A DNA stretch of 64,000 nucleotides from Candidatus Krumholzibacteriia bacterium (GCA_046754105.1 JBHHVD010000004.1:1319-65318), one strand, 5' to 3'. Positions 51,302 through 63,225 are shown, numbered from the stretch's first letter. Notes: generated from the letters alone by a model not told the origin. Made by a program: numbers and translations.

Positions 51302-52108
51302 CTATACCTTCGTCTTTCCTTTGCGGATCTTGCCGACGGTACTTATGTAGAACACCCACCCGAACGCGAGCAGCAGAATACCTGTTCCCGCCACGCGCGT
51401 GGCGTTGAACACGTACTTTCGACCCTCGGGATCATAACTGAAACAGAAGCGTAATACTCGGGCGATGGAGGGCGCGACGTTGCCTTTGTTCGCCTCGGTC
51501 ACGGCCATCCTCAGGTCGAAAGGCATGAAGCGCAAGCCATAAAGATACCGGACTATTTTGCCGCCCGGAGATAATACAATGAGGCTCGTACCATGTGCAA
51601 AATCTTTTTCGCGCCTGCTAAAGCGGAATCCGACCGCGCCGGTCAGTCTGGCGATCGTCGTGCTGTCGGCGGTCAGAAACCGCCAGCTCTCGGCGCCCGG
51701 TTTCCGGTCGAGCGAGGCGACAAAATCCTTCCGGATCGGGGTCGCCGTCCGCGGACTATCGAACTCGTCGAAGCTCACCGTCAGCAGGTGATAGTCCTCG
51801 CCGGGAACCAACGGCGCCTTCCCCACCACCTCCGACACCCCGCTGAGCAACGGCTTGCAAATCGTCGGGCAATGATAATAGACCAGGGTCAGTACGACCG
51901 GCTTATCGAAAAACTCTTCCAGATAGACCGAGTCGCCCCGTGCGTCCAGAAAACCGAGTCCGGCGGGTACGAAGTCACCGAGCCGCTCGTCGATACCGAT
52001 CTCTTCCTGGATCTTCGCCTCCCCGTCGTTCCCGGCCGTCGCGGGAAGGGCGCGGCCACAGAGGATTGCAAGGATCGAAATGGTGAAAACCATCTGGGTC
52101 CGGGTCAC
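51302..52108 (-). CDS. SCO1/SenC copper chaperone
   Basis: Thioredoxin-like fold with CPTIC (CxxxC) and a single N-terminal TM helix. First gene of the oxidase operon. Confidence 0.8.
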   Translation of the reverse strand: MTRTQMVFTISILAILCGRALPATAGNDGEAKIQEEIGIDERLGDFVPAGLGFLDARGDSVYLEEFFDKPVVLTLVYYHCPTICKPLLSGVSEVVGKAPLVPGEDYHLLTVSFDEFDSPRTATPIRKDFVASLDRKPGAESWRFLTADSTTIARLTGAVGFRFSRREKDFAHGTSLIVLSPGGKIVRYLYGLRFMPFDLRMAVTEANKGNVAPSIARVLRFCFSYDPEGRKYVFNATRVAGTGILLLAFGWVFYISTVGKIRKGKTKV

Positions 52109-52203
52109 ACGACCTCCAAAACCATATCCTTCAATGTCTTAACAAATAGAGATCCAAAAGGTTGGCGACTTTGTGTGAGTCTTCACAAAGTAAAACAGAG
52201 CAC

Positions 52204-52232
52204 AATGTACCCCGCGTAGTCGTTGTTGTCAA
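52204..52232 (-). promoter_or_regulatory. Near-consensus sigma70 promoter for the sco-cox operon
   Basis: Minus strand: TTGACA (52232-52227), 17 nt, TACATT (52209-52204). The start codon is about 95 nt downstream. Confidence 0.45.
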
Positions 52233-52281
52233 GCGAATTCCCGGCTTGCGCCACTAGGGGCGGGTCTCCCCGCCGCAGTCG

Positions 52282-54498
<2,217 letters not shown>

Positions 54499-54609
54499 GA
54501 GGTTCCAGGCTCCGATACCGTGGGACGCCCACGCGTCGGCGGTTCAGGCCACGGTGGGTCGCAAGAGACGAGGTCGCAGGTTTGCACGGTCGGTGCGGAT
54601 TGCACGTGG

Positions 54610-54638
54610 ATTATACGCCATCGCGCCCGGTGTTCCAA
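54610..54638 (-). promoter_or_regulatory. sigma70-type promoter for the yyaL-like gene
   Basis: Minus strand: TTGGAA (54638-54633), 17 nt, TATAAT (54615-54610). Confidence 0.45.
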
Positions 54639-54658
54639 CCGGTTTCGCGGCCAGGGAG

Positions 54659-55177
54659 TTAATCGAGCGCCCGGATCACACCACACGCGATCCGCGGGCC
54701 GGCGGCGCCCGCCGGGTCCGAAACGTAGTCGTCCGGGCCGTCGTGAATCATGATCGCCGTCCCGGGCCCCTGGAACAACGAATTCTTGCCCTCGCCGAGG
54801 GTGACAAGAGGCGCGGTGACTAGGGCGGCGCCGGTGCCGTCCTTCCCAATGACGATGTTGAGCAGGTCTCCCGCGTGGGCGCCCCGGGGCGATTTCAATC
54901 CATGCCGGCGGTCGAAGGGGTTGAAATGGCCCTTCGCCGTCTTGAAACCCGGCTTCTCGCAGGCGCCCGCGGCGTGTATGTGCAGTGCGTGGGTGCCTTC
55001 GGGCATGTCGTGGAGGTTTACGGCAATGCGAACCCCATCATGACTTTCCACGAAAGTCGCGATACCCACGTTGTTGCCTCTCGCATCATAAAGTTCGGCG
55101 ATGGCCATCCGATGCGAAGCCCGCGCGGCGAACGCAGCAAGTAGAATCATCGAGATAAAACAGAATAAGCGGCGCAT
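54659..55177 (-). CDS. sodC: Periplasmic Cu/Zn superoxide dismutase
   Basis: Signal peptide, then HALHIHAAGAC...GHFNP...GAHAGDL...IHDGPDDYVSDPAGAAGPRIACGVI, matching SodC metal-binding motifs. Confidence 0.9.
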   Translation of the reverse strand: MRRLFCFISMILLAAFAARASHRMAIAELYDARGNNVGIATFVESHDGVRIAVNLHDMPEGTHALHIHAAGACEKPGFKTAKGHFNPFDRRHGLKSPRGAHAGDLLNIVIGKDGTGAALVTAPLVTLGEGKNSLFQGPGTAIMIHDGPDDYVSDPAGAAGPRIACGVIRALD

Positions 55178-55257
55178 GGCACTCCCTTCTCGTCACAAGA
55201 CGTCATGCACGAAGCGTTTCGACAAAAGATAAGGAATGAAGCTGGGGAAGTAAACTA

Positions 55258-56649
55258 TCAATACACGCGGTAATTGAGAAACGTGGTTCGGCCGCGCATG
55301 ATCTTCACGTTTGGTATGGTAAAGGACTCTTCCTGGCCGCCGAAAGCATCGTACAACCTGACCGTCACATCATGCTCGCCCTCGGGCAGCGGTAACCGCA
55401 CCATGCGAACGAACTGGGGCAGTGTGCTCCAGCTCCGGGTATCCGCCGTCTCGGTCGCGACGTTCAAGGCGTTGATCAGCCAGCCGGCCACGACACCTTC
55501 CTTTTTTTCCACGCCCTTCTTGGCCAGGTACTTGGTCAACCCCCTGACGATCGTCTTGAAGATGATCCCGCCCCTCCTAGCATCGAAGGCGCCGGTCGCC
55601 TGCACCTTGAGATTCTCCACCACCTGGGACTGGGCCTGGATCGTTCTCCCGCCGAGCACGACATCCGCCTCGACGTCCGGATAGGGAAAGGGGTCGACGA
55701 TCATGCTGGGCAGCGACACGCGCATCAGGTATTGCAACTTGCGCTTTTTGTCGCGCGGCTGCCCGTAGCGGTGGCGCAGCGTCGAGGCGTACTCGTCCTT
55801 TTTGAGGTTATCGTCGAACTCGTCCTTGTAGAGCGGTATGACGGCGTTTTCCTCGGTCTTGTACGGCACGTAGCCGCACTCGAGAAAGAGATCGAGGGTC
55901 CCGCCCTCTTCGTCGTGCTCGTCGCACTGCGCGGAGTCACGATAACTATTCGCCGCTGCGTAATCACCCAGCGCCGCCGCGCCCAGGGCGAGGTCGCAAT
56001 AAAGATGCTCCGGTAGCTGGACGCCGAACCGCGTGCCGAGCGCCGCGTACGTCTCCCGCGCGACCCTCAAAGAAACATCCGCGTCCGACGCTTCTCCGTT
56101 CGCCATGTAAACGAGCCCGGTCAGGTAATGGAGGAACGGGTCGTTCGCTTCGCTCGTATCCTCGTTGTCCGCGAAAGTCTGCAGGAGCAGGTTGAGTTTG
56201 CGGCACTCGACGATGGCGCCTTGCGGATCGTTCAGGTAGAGGTAGTTGAAGATCTTGTAGTAGTACAACATGGCGATCTCATAATTCTCGCCAGTGTACT
56301 TGATGATGTTATCGCTGGTGAGGAGAGCGCCTACCTCGCGGCTGATGCTCTTCGTATACAACTCGTCGTAAACGAGTTCGGCCTCGTCGAATGCGGCGTT
56401 ACTCTCTTCGTAACGCTCCTGATAATGCAGAATCAGCGCCTTCTCGTAGAGATAGAGCAAACGCGACGAGCCCTTCCCGATCTTTTCCACGCGCTCGAGC
56501 GCCGCGTCGTAGTCCTGTTCGACCAGAGCCGCCTTGATAAACGGCGAGTGCGCGATGTGGGACGTGCACGCGCCGGCGCCCAGCAGGACGAAGACGACGA
56601 GAACCCCGCGGGCGCGGAGTTCCCCCCTTGTTTTCTTGCCAATCGGCAT
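55258..56649 (-). CDS. Hypothetical lipoprotein with TPR-like helical repeats (partner of the LpoB-like gene)
   Basis: 463 aa. Signal with lipobox VLLGAGAC. Tyr-rich helical repeats (LLYLYEKALILHYQERYEESNAAFDEAELVYDELY...). Lies 13 bp downstream of the LpoB-like gene. Confidence 0.55.
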   Translation of the reverse strand: MPIGKKTRGELRARGVLVVFVLLGAGACTSHIAHSPFIKAALVEQDYDAALERVEKIGKGSSRLLYLYEKALILHYQERYEESNAAFDEAELVYDELYTKSISREVGALLTSDNIIKYTGENYEIAMLYYYKIFNYLYLNDPQGAIVECRKLNLLLQTFADNEDTSEANDPFLHYLTGLVYMANGEASDADVSLRVARETYAALGTRFGVQLPEHLYCDLALGAAALGDYAAANSYRDSAQCDEHDEEGGTLDLFLECGYVPYKTEENAVIPLYKDEFDDNLKKDEYASTLRHRYGQPRDKKRKLQYLMRVSLPSMIVDPFPYPDVEADVVLGGRTIQAQSQVVENLKVQATGAFDARRGGIIFKTIVRGLTKYLAKKGVEKKEGVVAGWLINALNVATETADTRSWSTLPQFVRMVRLPLPEGEHDVTVRLYDAFGGQEESFTIPNVKIMRGRTTFLNYRVY

Positions 56650-56661
56650 GACCGGGCCCCG

Positions 56662-57268
56662 CTAGAGGGAGAGCTTCCCCTTGCCGATGTATTTCTTGAT
56701 CTTTTTCTGACCCAGCCACACCTTGCTGTTATCTTCCAGGTTGATCAACGTGAGATCCACCTGGTAGAAGACCACCTTCTTTCCGCCTTCCTGATCGGTT
56801 ATCGAACTGATCGTGCCGCCCAGCATGTAGTCTGCGCCCTTTTCGCGGCCCCATTCCTTCACCGTTTCCTCGGATGCGTAGGTCTGCTGGTCTGCACGTT
56901 CCTCCCGGAGCTGCTCCCGCTCTACCGCGCTGGCGACCACCGTGACCTCGGCAGAGTTGATGAACGACCGTTCGATGTCGCCGATAAAAGTGTCCATGGC
57001 GATGTGCTCGGTCGTCTTGTTCCTGAGCAGCCCCACGATCAGCGTTGGTCTCTTGCTCTTTCGATCCAGGTGCTGCGCCTTCCACGGCGCGCTAAGGCAG
57101 GTATTGATCATCTCCTGCGAGACAAGGCGCGAGTCGGTGTCATTCCAACGGCCGGAAAGATCGGTCGTCGAATCGGTCGCGATCCGCGTCACGTGTCTCT
57201 TGGAACATCCGACGACGGCGAAAAGTGACGCGGCAATAACGAGACAGGGGAGAATCTTGAGAAACTTC
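56662..57268 (-). CDS. LpoB-like (COG3417) outer-membrane lipoprotein
   Basis: ATG at 57268 with a GGAGG RBS 7 nt upstream. MKFLKILPCLVIAASLFAVVGC is a lipobox. The C-terminal domain aligns by eye with E. coli LpoB (MINTCLS...IVGLLRNKT...VTVVASAVE...KGADYMLGGTISSI). Confidence 0.6.
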
Positions 57269-57472
57269 ATTGCGAACCTCCATTCCCGGATCGAGCGTGC
57301 GGTACGGCGGTCGACCGGCGCCAGGACCACCGGTGCGCCCAACAACAGGCCACCAGAAACTGTAAACCGATATTGCCGGGTTTCGCAACCGCCATCCTCG
57401 ACCTCCGCCGGCAGCACATCGCCCGGCTCCCCGGCTCGAGCGGACGGCCGCCCGGCCCCCGGGGAATTGATT

Positions 57473-58789
57473 CTAGGCCCCGCCACCCAGCCAATCCACG
57501 ATATTCTGAGTGGCCGCGATGACGTCTGCACAATTTTCCGCAATAAATCCGCTGGGGAGGCTCTCATCGAGTGGAATGGTCTCGCTGGCTGCGAGGGCCT
57601 TGGCGCCGTCGAAATCGACGTAGGCCATGCGGGCCGTCAGCTCCGCGGCCGGCCGCTCGAACGCGGTGCCTGGCAGGAGGGCCACTCCGGTATCGTTGAG
57701 CAGGCGCGCGCACAACGTCGCGCTGTCCCCAACGCCCCGAGCCGCGAGCCGCTCCGAAAAAGCCGAAAAATCGAGGAAGAGATAAAAGGCCCCCTGTGGG
57801 GGATGGACCCTGACGCCCGCCTCGTGCAAGTAGTTGCGGCACGAGCGACCCAGAGTCGAGAGGATACGGCGAGCGTGGCACAGATACCGCTCGATGGCCA
57901 GGCCTCCACGAAACGCGCGTACCGCGGCGTACTGGATGGGGGCGCTCACCGACGTGTAGGTCTCGCTGGCCACCGCGGCCATGGCCTTCATGAGCCAGTC
58001 GAGTTGCGGCGGAAACGTGAAGGTTCCCAACCGCCAGCCCCCCGCACCGCACCACTTCGAAAGGCCCGAACTGACGATGGTGCGCTCCGGGTAGTAGCGG
58101 GCCATGGACACGTGTGCCCCGTTGAAGTTGAGCTGCCCGTAGATTTCGTCGGAGAGGACGATCAGTTCGAAGCGCCGTGCCACCTCGGCGATTTCCTCCA
58201 ACTCGGCGGATGAGTAGCTGCCACCCTCGGGGTTTCCCGGGTAGTTGAGCAGCAGGAGCCGTGGCCGGTAGGCGTCGTTTTCTCGTTCGCAGTGCTCGGC
58301 CAGTGACGCCGGCGTGATCCGCCACTTTTCTTCGAAGCTCGTGTGGATAATATGGGTCTTGCGGCCGAGGATCCGGGCCTGGGGTACGTAAGAGACCCAG
58401 CACGGCGACGGCAGCATCACGTCACCGTAGAAAACCAGCTGTAAGAGAAACATGAGTTCTTTCGAACCCGGTCCGACGAGGACATTCTCGGGGCTGGCCT
58501 CGACCCCGTCCCGATCCCTGTGAAAATCGGCAACGGCGCCCCTCAACTCGCGCAGCCCGCGGACCGGAAGATAGTCCTTTTCGCGCGCGTAGAGTTTGAG
58601 CGCATTGACAACCGGCAGGGGCACGGGGAACGGCGACTGCCCGAGGCCCATGTAGTAGATCTTGCGGCCGGAGCGCTGCAGCTCTTTGCAATACTCGTTG
58701 ATGGCGAGCGTCGCAGACTGGCGGAGCCCGCGCACGTTGAGGTTCAAACTGACGTGGCGCGTCAGAGGAGTATTTTTGAGCAGCGTCAT
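57473..58789 (-). CDS. PLP-dependent aminotransferase (class I/II fold)
   Basis: 438 aa with aminotransferase I/II features (NYPGNPEGG..., SGLSKWCGAGGWRLG with the PLP lysine). Confidence 0.85.
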   Translation of the reverse strand: MTLLKNTPLTRHVSLNLNVRGLRQSATLAINEYCKELQRSGRKIYYMGLGQSPFPVPLPVVNALKLYAREKDYLPVRGLRELRGAVADFHRDRDGVEASPENVLVGPGSKELMFLLQLVFYGDVMLPSPCWVSYVPQARILGRKTHIIHTSFEEKWRITPASLAEHCERENDAYRPRLLLLNYPGNPEGGSYSSAELEEIAEVARRFELIVLSDEIYGQLNFNGAHVSMARYYPERTIVSSGLSKWCGAGGWRLGTFTFPPQLDWLMKAMAAVASETYTSVSAPIQYAAVRAFRGGLAIERYLCHARRILSTLGRSCRNYLHEAGVRVHPPQGAFYLFLDFSAFSERLAARGVGDSATLCARLLNDTGVALLPGTAFERPAAELTARMAYVDFDGAKALAASETIPLDESLPSGFIAENCADVIAATQNIVDWLGGGA

Positions 58790-59042
58790 TGTATCCCTGT
58801 TCCGGCCGGGCGGGCCGCACCCACCGCGTCGTAACCGTTGCCCGGTGGCTCCGAAACCGTAGCAAGTCCCCTGCCAGAGGCGGCCACTATCTCTGCGTAG
58901 CCGCGATTGCCGAGAGGGGAGGCGAGCCTCGCGATCCGCACATAGATATGGTGTAACAACAATAGATTACACGATGTACTTCGAGTTGTTTTTAGGGGGA
59001 ACCCAGCCGTCGCTTTGGGCGGCCCGGGAGGACCCGAGCAGC

Positions 59043-59873
59043 CTACCAGTACGCGGTGCGTAGGCGACCGATCGTTTGCGGATCCGGCGTGAACGGTAGC
59101 CGTGGCGGCGCCGGCAGGTCGTACCTCCGGCTCGCCGCGAAAGGGGTGGCGGCGAGCTTGCGGTTGTACGCGTGAATCATCAAGACTTCCAGATTGACGA
59201 CGTCCTCGACGTTGTAGGCGAGAAGCGTCTCGAGGGCGCGCTCGTTGCGGTTGCGCCGAAAATCGTCCCACAGTATCACCGCAAAATGGCCGTCGACCGC
59301 GGCGAGCTCTCCCCGGTCGATTCCCAGCTGCTTCTCACAATTCTTGAGACCACCCACGTACCCGAGGGCGCGCAGGACGTAACGCAGATCGATGTGCGCC
59401 GCCCGCAGGTGGATACCGAACGCGCGCTCGAGAAAGGGGACGTCGAAGCACTTGCCGTTATAGGTGACCAACAGTTTGTAGTTAAGGATATCGCTCCTGA
59501 ACTCCTCGAGGTTGCGCCCACGGACGTAGCAGCGGATGTTCGTCCCGTCGTAAAGGGCGATGGTCGTAATCTCGTCCATTCCTGACAGACCGGTGGTCTC
59601 GATATCGACGTACGCAGTCGAGTGGCGGAACTCCGCGAAAATGCGCCACTGTTCTTCGGTGGGAAGGCGATCGTAGAAAAAACGCGAGTTACCGTCGCGG
59701 AGCTCGGCGACGGACCGGCCGACGCCGCTCCGGATGCGGCGGTGCGTGGCGGGCGGGATCAGGAAACTCTCGCCCTCCAGTATAGATTGCCACGACAGGC
59801 AGCCCTGCATCCAGAGCCGCCGTTCCGTCTTGCAACCAACGCCTGGAATGTGACAGAACGTATTGCTCAGCAT
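59043..59873 (-). CDS. RNase H-like 3'-5' exonuclease (YprB-like) with an N-terminal HhH motif
   Basis: The start was chosen at MLSNTF (59873), just after the rpiB stop. CHIPGVGCKTERRLW is HhH-like. AYVDIETTGL...DVPFLER...YNVEDV are DEDD-type exonuclease motifs. Confidence 0.7.
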   Translation of the reverse strand: MLSNTFCHIPGVGCKTERRLWMQGCLSWQSILEGESFLIPPATHRRIRSGVGRSVAELRDGNSRFFYDRLPTEEQWRIFAEFRHSTAYVDIETTGLSGMDEITTIALYDGTNIRCYVRGRNLEEFRSDILNYKLLVTYNGKCFDVPFLERAFGIHLRAAHIDLRYVLRALGYVGGLKNCEKQLGIDRGELAAVDGHFAVILWDDFRRNRNERALETLLAYNVEDVVNLEVLMIHAYNRKLAATPFAASRRYDLPAPPRLPFTPDPQTIGRLRTAYW

Positions 59874-59877
59874 ACCG

Positions 59878-60306
59878 TCACACGTCGATTTGTGCGATCC
59901 GCCGTTCGTGGCGTCCACCTGCGAAGTCTGTTTCCAGCCAGATCCGGACGATCTCCAAGGCTGTATCAAGCGACATCATCCGCTGACCCAGGGAAATCAC
60001 GTTGGCGTCGTTGTGCTCACGGGCCAACCGCGCGGAATCCGCGTTCCAGCACAAGGCACACCGCACGCCGCGAATCCGGTTCGCTACCATCGCCTCCCCG
60101 TTTCCCGATCCACCGAGTACTATGCCGCGCTCGCATTTCCCGGCCGCCACCGCCTCCGCAGCAGGCCTTATGAACACCGGGTAATCGACCGGTGCGTCGG
60201 AATCGGTTCCGAAATCGACCACCTCGTGCCCCATCTCCGCGAGATATACCTTAATGGCCTCCTTGTAATCGAAGCCCGCGTGGTCCGATCCAATCGCGAT
60301 CTTCAT
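59878..60306 (-). CDS. rpiB: Ribose-5-phosphate isomerase B
   Basis: MKIAIGSDHAGFDYKEAIKVYL...GIVLGGSGNGEAMVANR is the RpiB/LacAB signature. ATG at 60306. Confidence 0.9.
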   Translation of the reverse strand: MKIAIGSDHAGFDYKEAIKVYLAEMGHEVVDFGTDSDAPVDYPVFIRPAAEAVAAGKCERGIVLGGSGNGEAMVANRIRGVRCALCWNADSARLAREHNDANVISLGQRMMSLDTALEIVRIWLETDFAGGRHERRIAQIDV

Positions 60307-60332
60307 GCGCGCATTCTCCATTCTCCGTGCGA

Positions 60333-61106
60333 CTACTCGTCGCGGTGAAGGACGTAGGGACTCCGCTGCGCCGTCGGCATGACAATCATGTTCAGGACGT
60401 TGACGTGCTCGGGCGCACCCGCCACGTAGCAAACCGCATCCGCGATATCCTCGGGCTGCAGCGGTTTGAATCCGTCGTAGACCGCCCTGGCCTTCTCACG
60501 GTCGCCGCGAAACCGGACCTCGGAGAATTCCGTCTCCGTCGCTCCGGGATCGATGCTCGACACCCGGATCCCGGTGCCCACCAGATCTATGCTCATGGCT
60601 TGATTCAGTGCGCGCACGGCGAACTTGGTGGCGTTGTAGACGTTGCCCAGGGGATAAACGACGTGCCCCGCGATGCTGCCCACGTTGATGACGTGGCCAC
60701 TGTCGCGCTCGACCATCATCGGCAGGATGCTACGGGAGACGTTCAGCAGGCCTTTTACGTTGGTGTCGATCATGCGGTCCCAATCCTCCGGGTCACCCTC
60801 AAAAACACGGCTCAAACCAGCGGCCAGCCCGGCATTGTTGACTAGTATGTCCGGCACCAGGCCGTCCGCCCGCAACCGGTCACCAAGCCCATCGACGGCG
60901 TTGCGATCGCGCACGTCGAGGGCTTCGATCCTCACCCGCACGCCTTCTCTCTTCCCCAACGCGTCTCCGAGGCTGGACAATCGCTCCAGCCGCCGGGCCG
61001 TGAGAATGAGATTGCAGCCGCGCGCTGCGAACGCGCGCGCGCACGCCTCGCCGATACCGGCGCTCGCGCCCGTGACAAGGACGGTCTTTCCCTTCAAACG
61101 GTTCAT
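60333..61106 (-). CDS. SDR-family NAD(P)-dependent oxidoreductase
   Basis: KTVLVTGASAGIGEA (TGxxxGxG), NNAG, and the catalytic Y..K region. Confidence 0.85.
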   Translation of the reverse strand: MNRLKGKTVLVTGASAGIGEACARAFAARGCNLILTARRLERLSSLGDALGKREGVRVRIEALDVRDRNAVDGLGDRLRADGLVPDILVNNAGLAAGLSRVFEGDPEDWDRMIDTNVKGLLNVSRSILPMMVERDSGHVINVGSIAGHVVYPLGNVYNATKFAVRALNQAMSIDLVGTGIRVSSIDPGATETEFSEVRFRGDREKARAVYDGFKPLQPEDIADAVCYVAGAPEHVNVLNMIVMPTAQRSPYVLHRDE

Positions 61107-61188
61107 GCGTGCCTCTTGTGGTGGCGAATCCAGCGCGCAGTATACGTGATCTCCCGCCTTCTGTCCGGTGATTTTGTGCCCGGCGGCC

Positions 61189-61872
61189 TCACTCGGCCGA
61201 AGCGAGTCTCTGTAAAACGTGCTTGTTCAGGTGATGGCCGCCCTCGAATCTCACCAGTTCGTACGGCAACCGGTTTTGCCGCAGGCGTTTTTCCCCCTCC
61301 GCCACGGCCGCGGGTGTGGCGTACTCGTCTTGCGCCCCCACTACCAGGAACAGCGCCGGCTTACGAACCGGTGCTTCGTTGGACCAGTCGACGTCCTGCG
61401 GCACCATGCCGCCCCACAGGATCAGGCGATCGCTTCGTACCCGGCCGCCATCGATCCAGCGGCAGACGGTCGCCGCTCCCTGCGAGAACCCGAGTATCGT
61501 CACTCGCACGGCGCTCCGGTCGATTCCCTCGAACGTCTTCGCGTAGACCGTATCGAGGTAAGATACGTAATCCGAGATTTCATGCCGGCGGTCTTCGCGG
61601 GTCATCCAGCTGGCCCCGACCACCGCGTCCGCGCCGCCCTTGTCCGCGCCCTCCACATAGAATCGTGACAGTGCCTCCGGGGCAACGATCACGCGGCTCC
61701 CATCGTCGATCGCCGCGAAGTAGCCCAGAAAACTGCGGGCGAGCTGCCGGTAGCCGTGGCATACGAACCATACCTCGCCCGGGTGCTCATTCGCCCCACC
61801 GAGTACCGCGTAGCGAGCCGTGCGGTGGACGGCCAGCGATCGTTCTGTCATGCCACGGTTCGCGCTATTCAT
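61189..61872 (-). CDS. Alpha/beta hydrolase (phospholipase/carboxylesterase-like)
   Basis: ILGFSQGAA carries the GxSxG nucleophile elbow; 227 aa. Confidence 0.75.
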   Translation of the reverse strand: MNSANRGMTERSLAVHRTARYAVLGGANEHPGEVWFVCHGYRQLARSFLGYFAAIDDGSRVIVAPEALSRFYVEGADKGGADAVVGASWMTREDRRHEISDYVSYLDTVYAKTFEGIDRSAVRVTILGFSQGAATVCRWIDGGRVRSDRLILWGGMVPQDVDWSNEAPVRKPALFLVVGAQDEYATPAAVAEGEKRLRQNRLPYELVRFEGGHHLNKHVLQRLASAE

Positions 61873-63224
61873 ACTCGTCGCTTGGGGACGTCCCGTGCGC
61901 GGACGGGCTCGCCGGCCGCCCAGCCGCTCTCCACGAGCTCGTCCATGATCGCCTGGGCACGATTACCCCAGATGGGGTGCGGTTCTCGGGAGAGCTCTTC
62001 GGCGAGCACTTCCGCTTCGTGCGCCGGCGTGCGGCCCGAAGCTTCGGCACCTCCGAAGACCTGCAGGCATCGCTGGTAGACACCCGTCGGCGTTTCGCGG
62101 TCGAGGTGAGCGGTGACCGCGGGATCGCGCTCGAAGACGCCATATTGTTCATTTGCGCAGTTGACGATGCCCATTCGGTTCGCGAGAAAATCGGGGACGT
62201 AGAGTATACCCGCTTCCTTCAACGCGTCCGCATCACGGCGCGGGTCCTGCAGCTGGTTGTTGGCGGCGCCGCAAACGACCGGTGAACGAATCGAGGGGAT
62301 CGTCCGGGGATTGAGACATGCACCGACCGCGTTGGGCGCGAGCACGTCACTCGACTCGGCCATAATCGATACGTCCCCCGGGGCGGCCACGCGCAAATCC
62401 AGCGTCGCGTGCGGGAAGCGTTTCCTGCACCGGCCAACGGCCGTCTCGTCGATGTCGGCCCCGACGATACGCCCTGTCTTTCGCTCCAGCAGATCCCCGA
62501 TCATGTATGTTGAAACGTTACCGAGCCCCTGCAGGGCCACCGTCTTGCCCTCGAGCCCATCCCGTCCAAGGTATGCCAGAGCCGCTTCCATGGCCATCAC
62601 GACGCCGGTTGCCGTCAACCGGGAGGGGTTACCACTGCCGCCGAGTGTTTCGGGAATGCAGGTCGTGTGCCGCGTCGTGCGAAACACCCAAGCCATATCC
62701 TCCGGCGTCGTCCCCACGTCCTCGGCCGTCACGTAACAGCCACGCAGCCCCGAAAGAAACCGCCCGTAGTCGCGGTACAGCGCTCCGCGCACGGCGGGGT
62801 CGCGGTGATCCACACCCGTTTTCCGCGCCACGACGCCCTTGCCACCCCCCCACCACAAACCCGCCAGCGCGTTCTTCTGACCCATGCCCAGGCTCAACCG
62901 CAGCCCGTCGCGGATGAAATCTTCCACGCTGTCGTACCGCCAGAAACGTACGCCCCCGGCTGCCTGCCCGCGCACCGTCTTGTGGACGCAGGCGGAAAGC
63001 AGGTGCCCGCTCTCGCGCCCGATCTCGAGGAACCACCCCTGATGTCCCCGGTAATCGCGCCGGTCCGCCGCCACCCGCTCCGCCACCGGATCCAGGAGTT
63101 CGTGGCTCGCCACCACCGCCCCCGTGTCGGGGCGGGTGACGATGAACGCGCGCCACAACCCCGCGTTCTTCAAGGCGTCCAGGAAGGCGTCGGTCGATTC
63201 GTTCCACAGGTTCATTCGTGGCAC
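61869..63224 (-). CDS. Glu/Leu/Phe/Val-family amino-acid dehydrogenase (Leu/Val dehydrogenase-like)
   Basis: GLWWGGGKGVV (catalytic Lys region) and a Rossmann motif LQGLGNVSTYM; 451 aa. Confidence 0.8.
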   Translation of the reverse strand: MPRMNLWNESTDAFLDALKNAGLWRAFIVTRPDTGAVVASHELLDPVAERVAADRRDYRGHQGWFLEIGRESGHLLSACVHKTVRGQAAGGVRFWRYDSVEDFIRDGLRLSLGMGQKNALAGLWWGGGKGVVARKTGVDHRDPAVRGALYRDYGRFLSGLRGCYVTAEDVGTTPEDMAWVFRTTRHTTCIPETLGGSGNPSRLTATGVVMAMEAALAYLGRDGLEGKTVALQGLGNVSTYMIGDLLERKTGRIVGADIDETAVGRCRKRFPHATLDLRVAAPGDVSIMAESSDVLAPNAVGACLNPRTIPSIRSPVVCGAANNQLQDPRRDADALKEAGILYVPDFLANRMGIVNCANEQYGVFERDPAVTAHLDRETPTGVYQRCLQVFGGAEASGRTPAHEAEVLAEELSREPHPIWGNRAQAIMDELVESGWAAGEPVRARDVPKRRV

Positions 63225-63225
63225 C

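Noticed and set aside
57269-57472. GC-rich 204-bp spacer between the aminotransferase and LpoB-like genes; possible structured RNA
   Set aside because: The only feature is a bulged hairpin AAACCCG-N7-CGGTTT without a U-tract. There is no conserved riboswitch-like core I can recognise. It is left as unannotated intergenic sequence.
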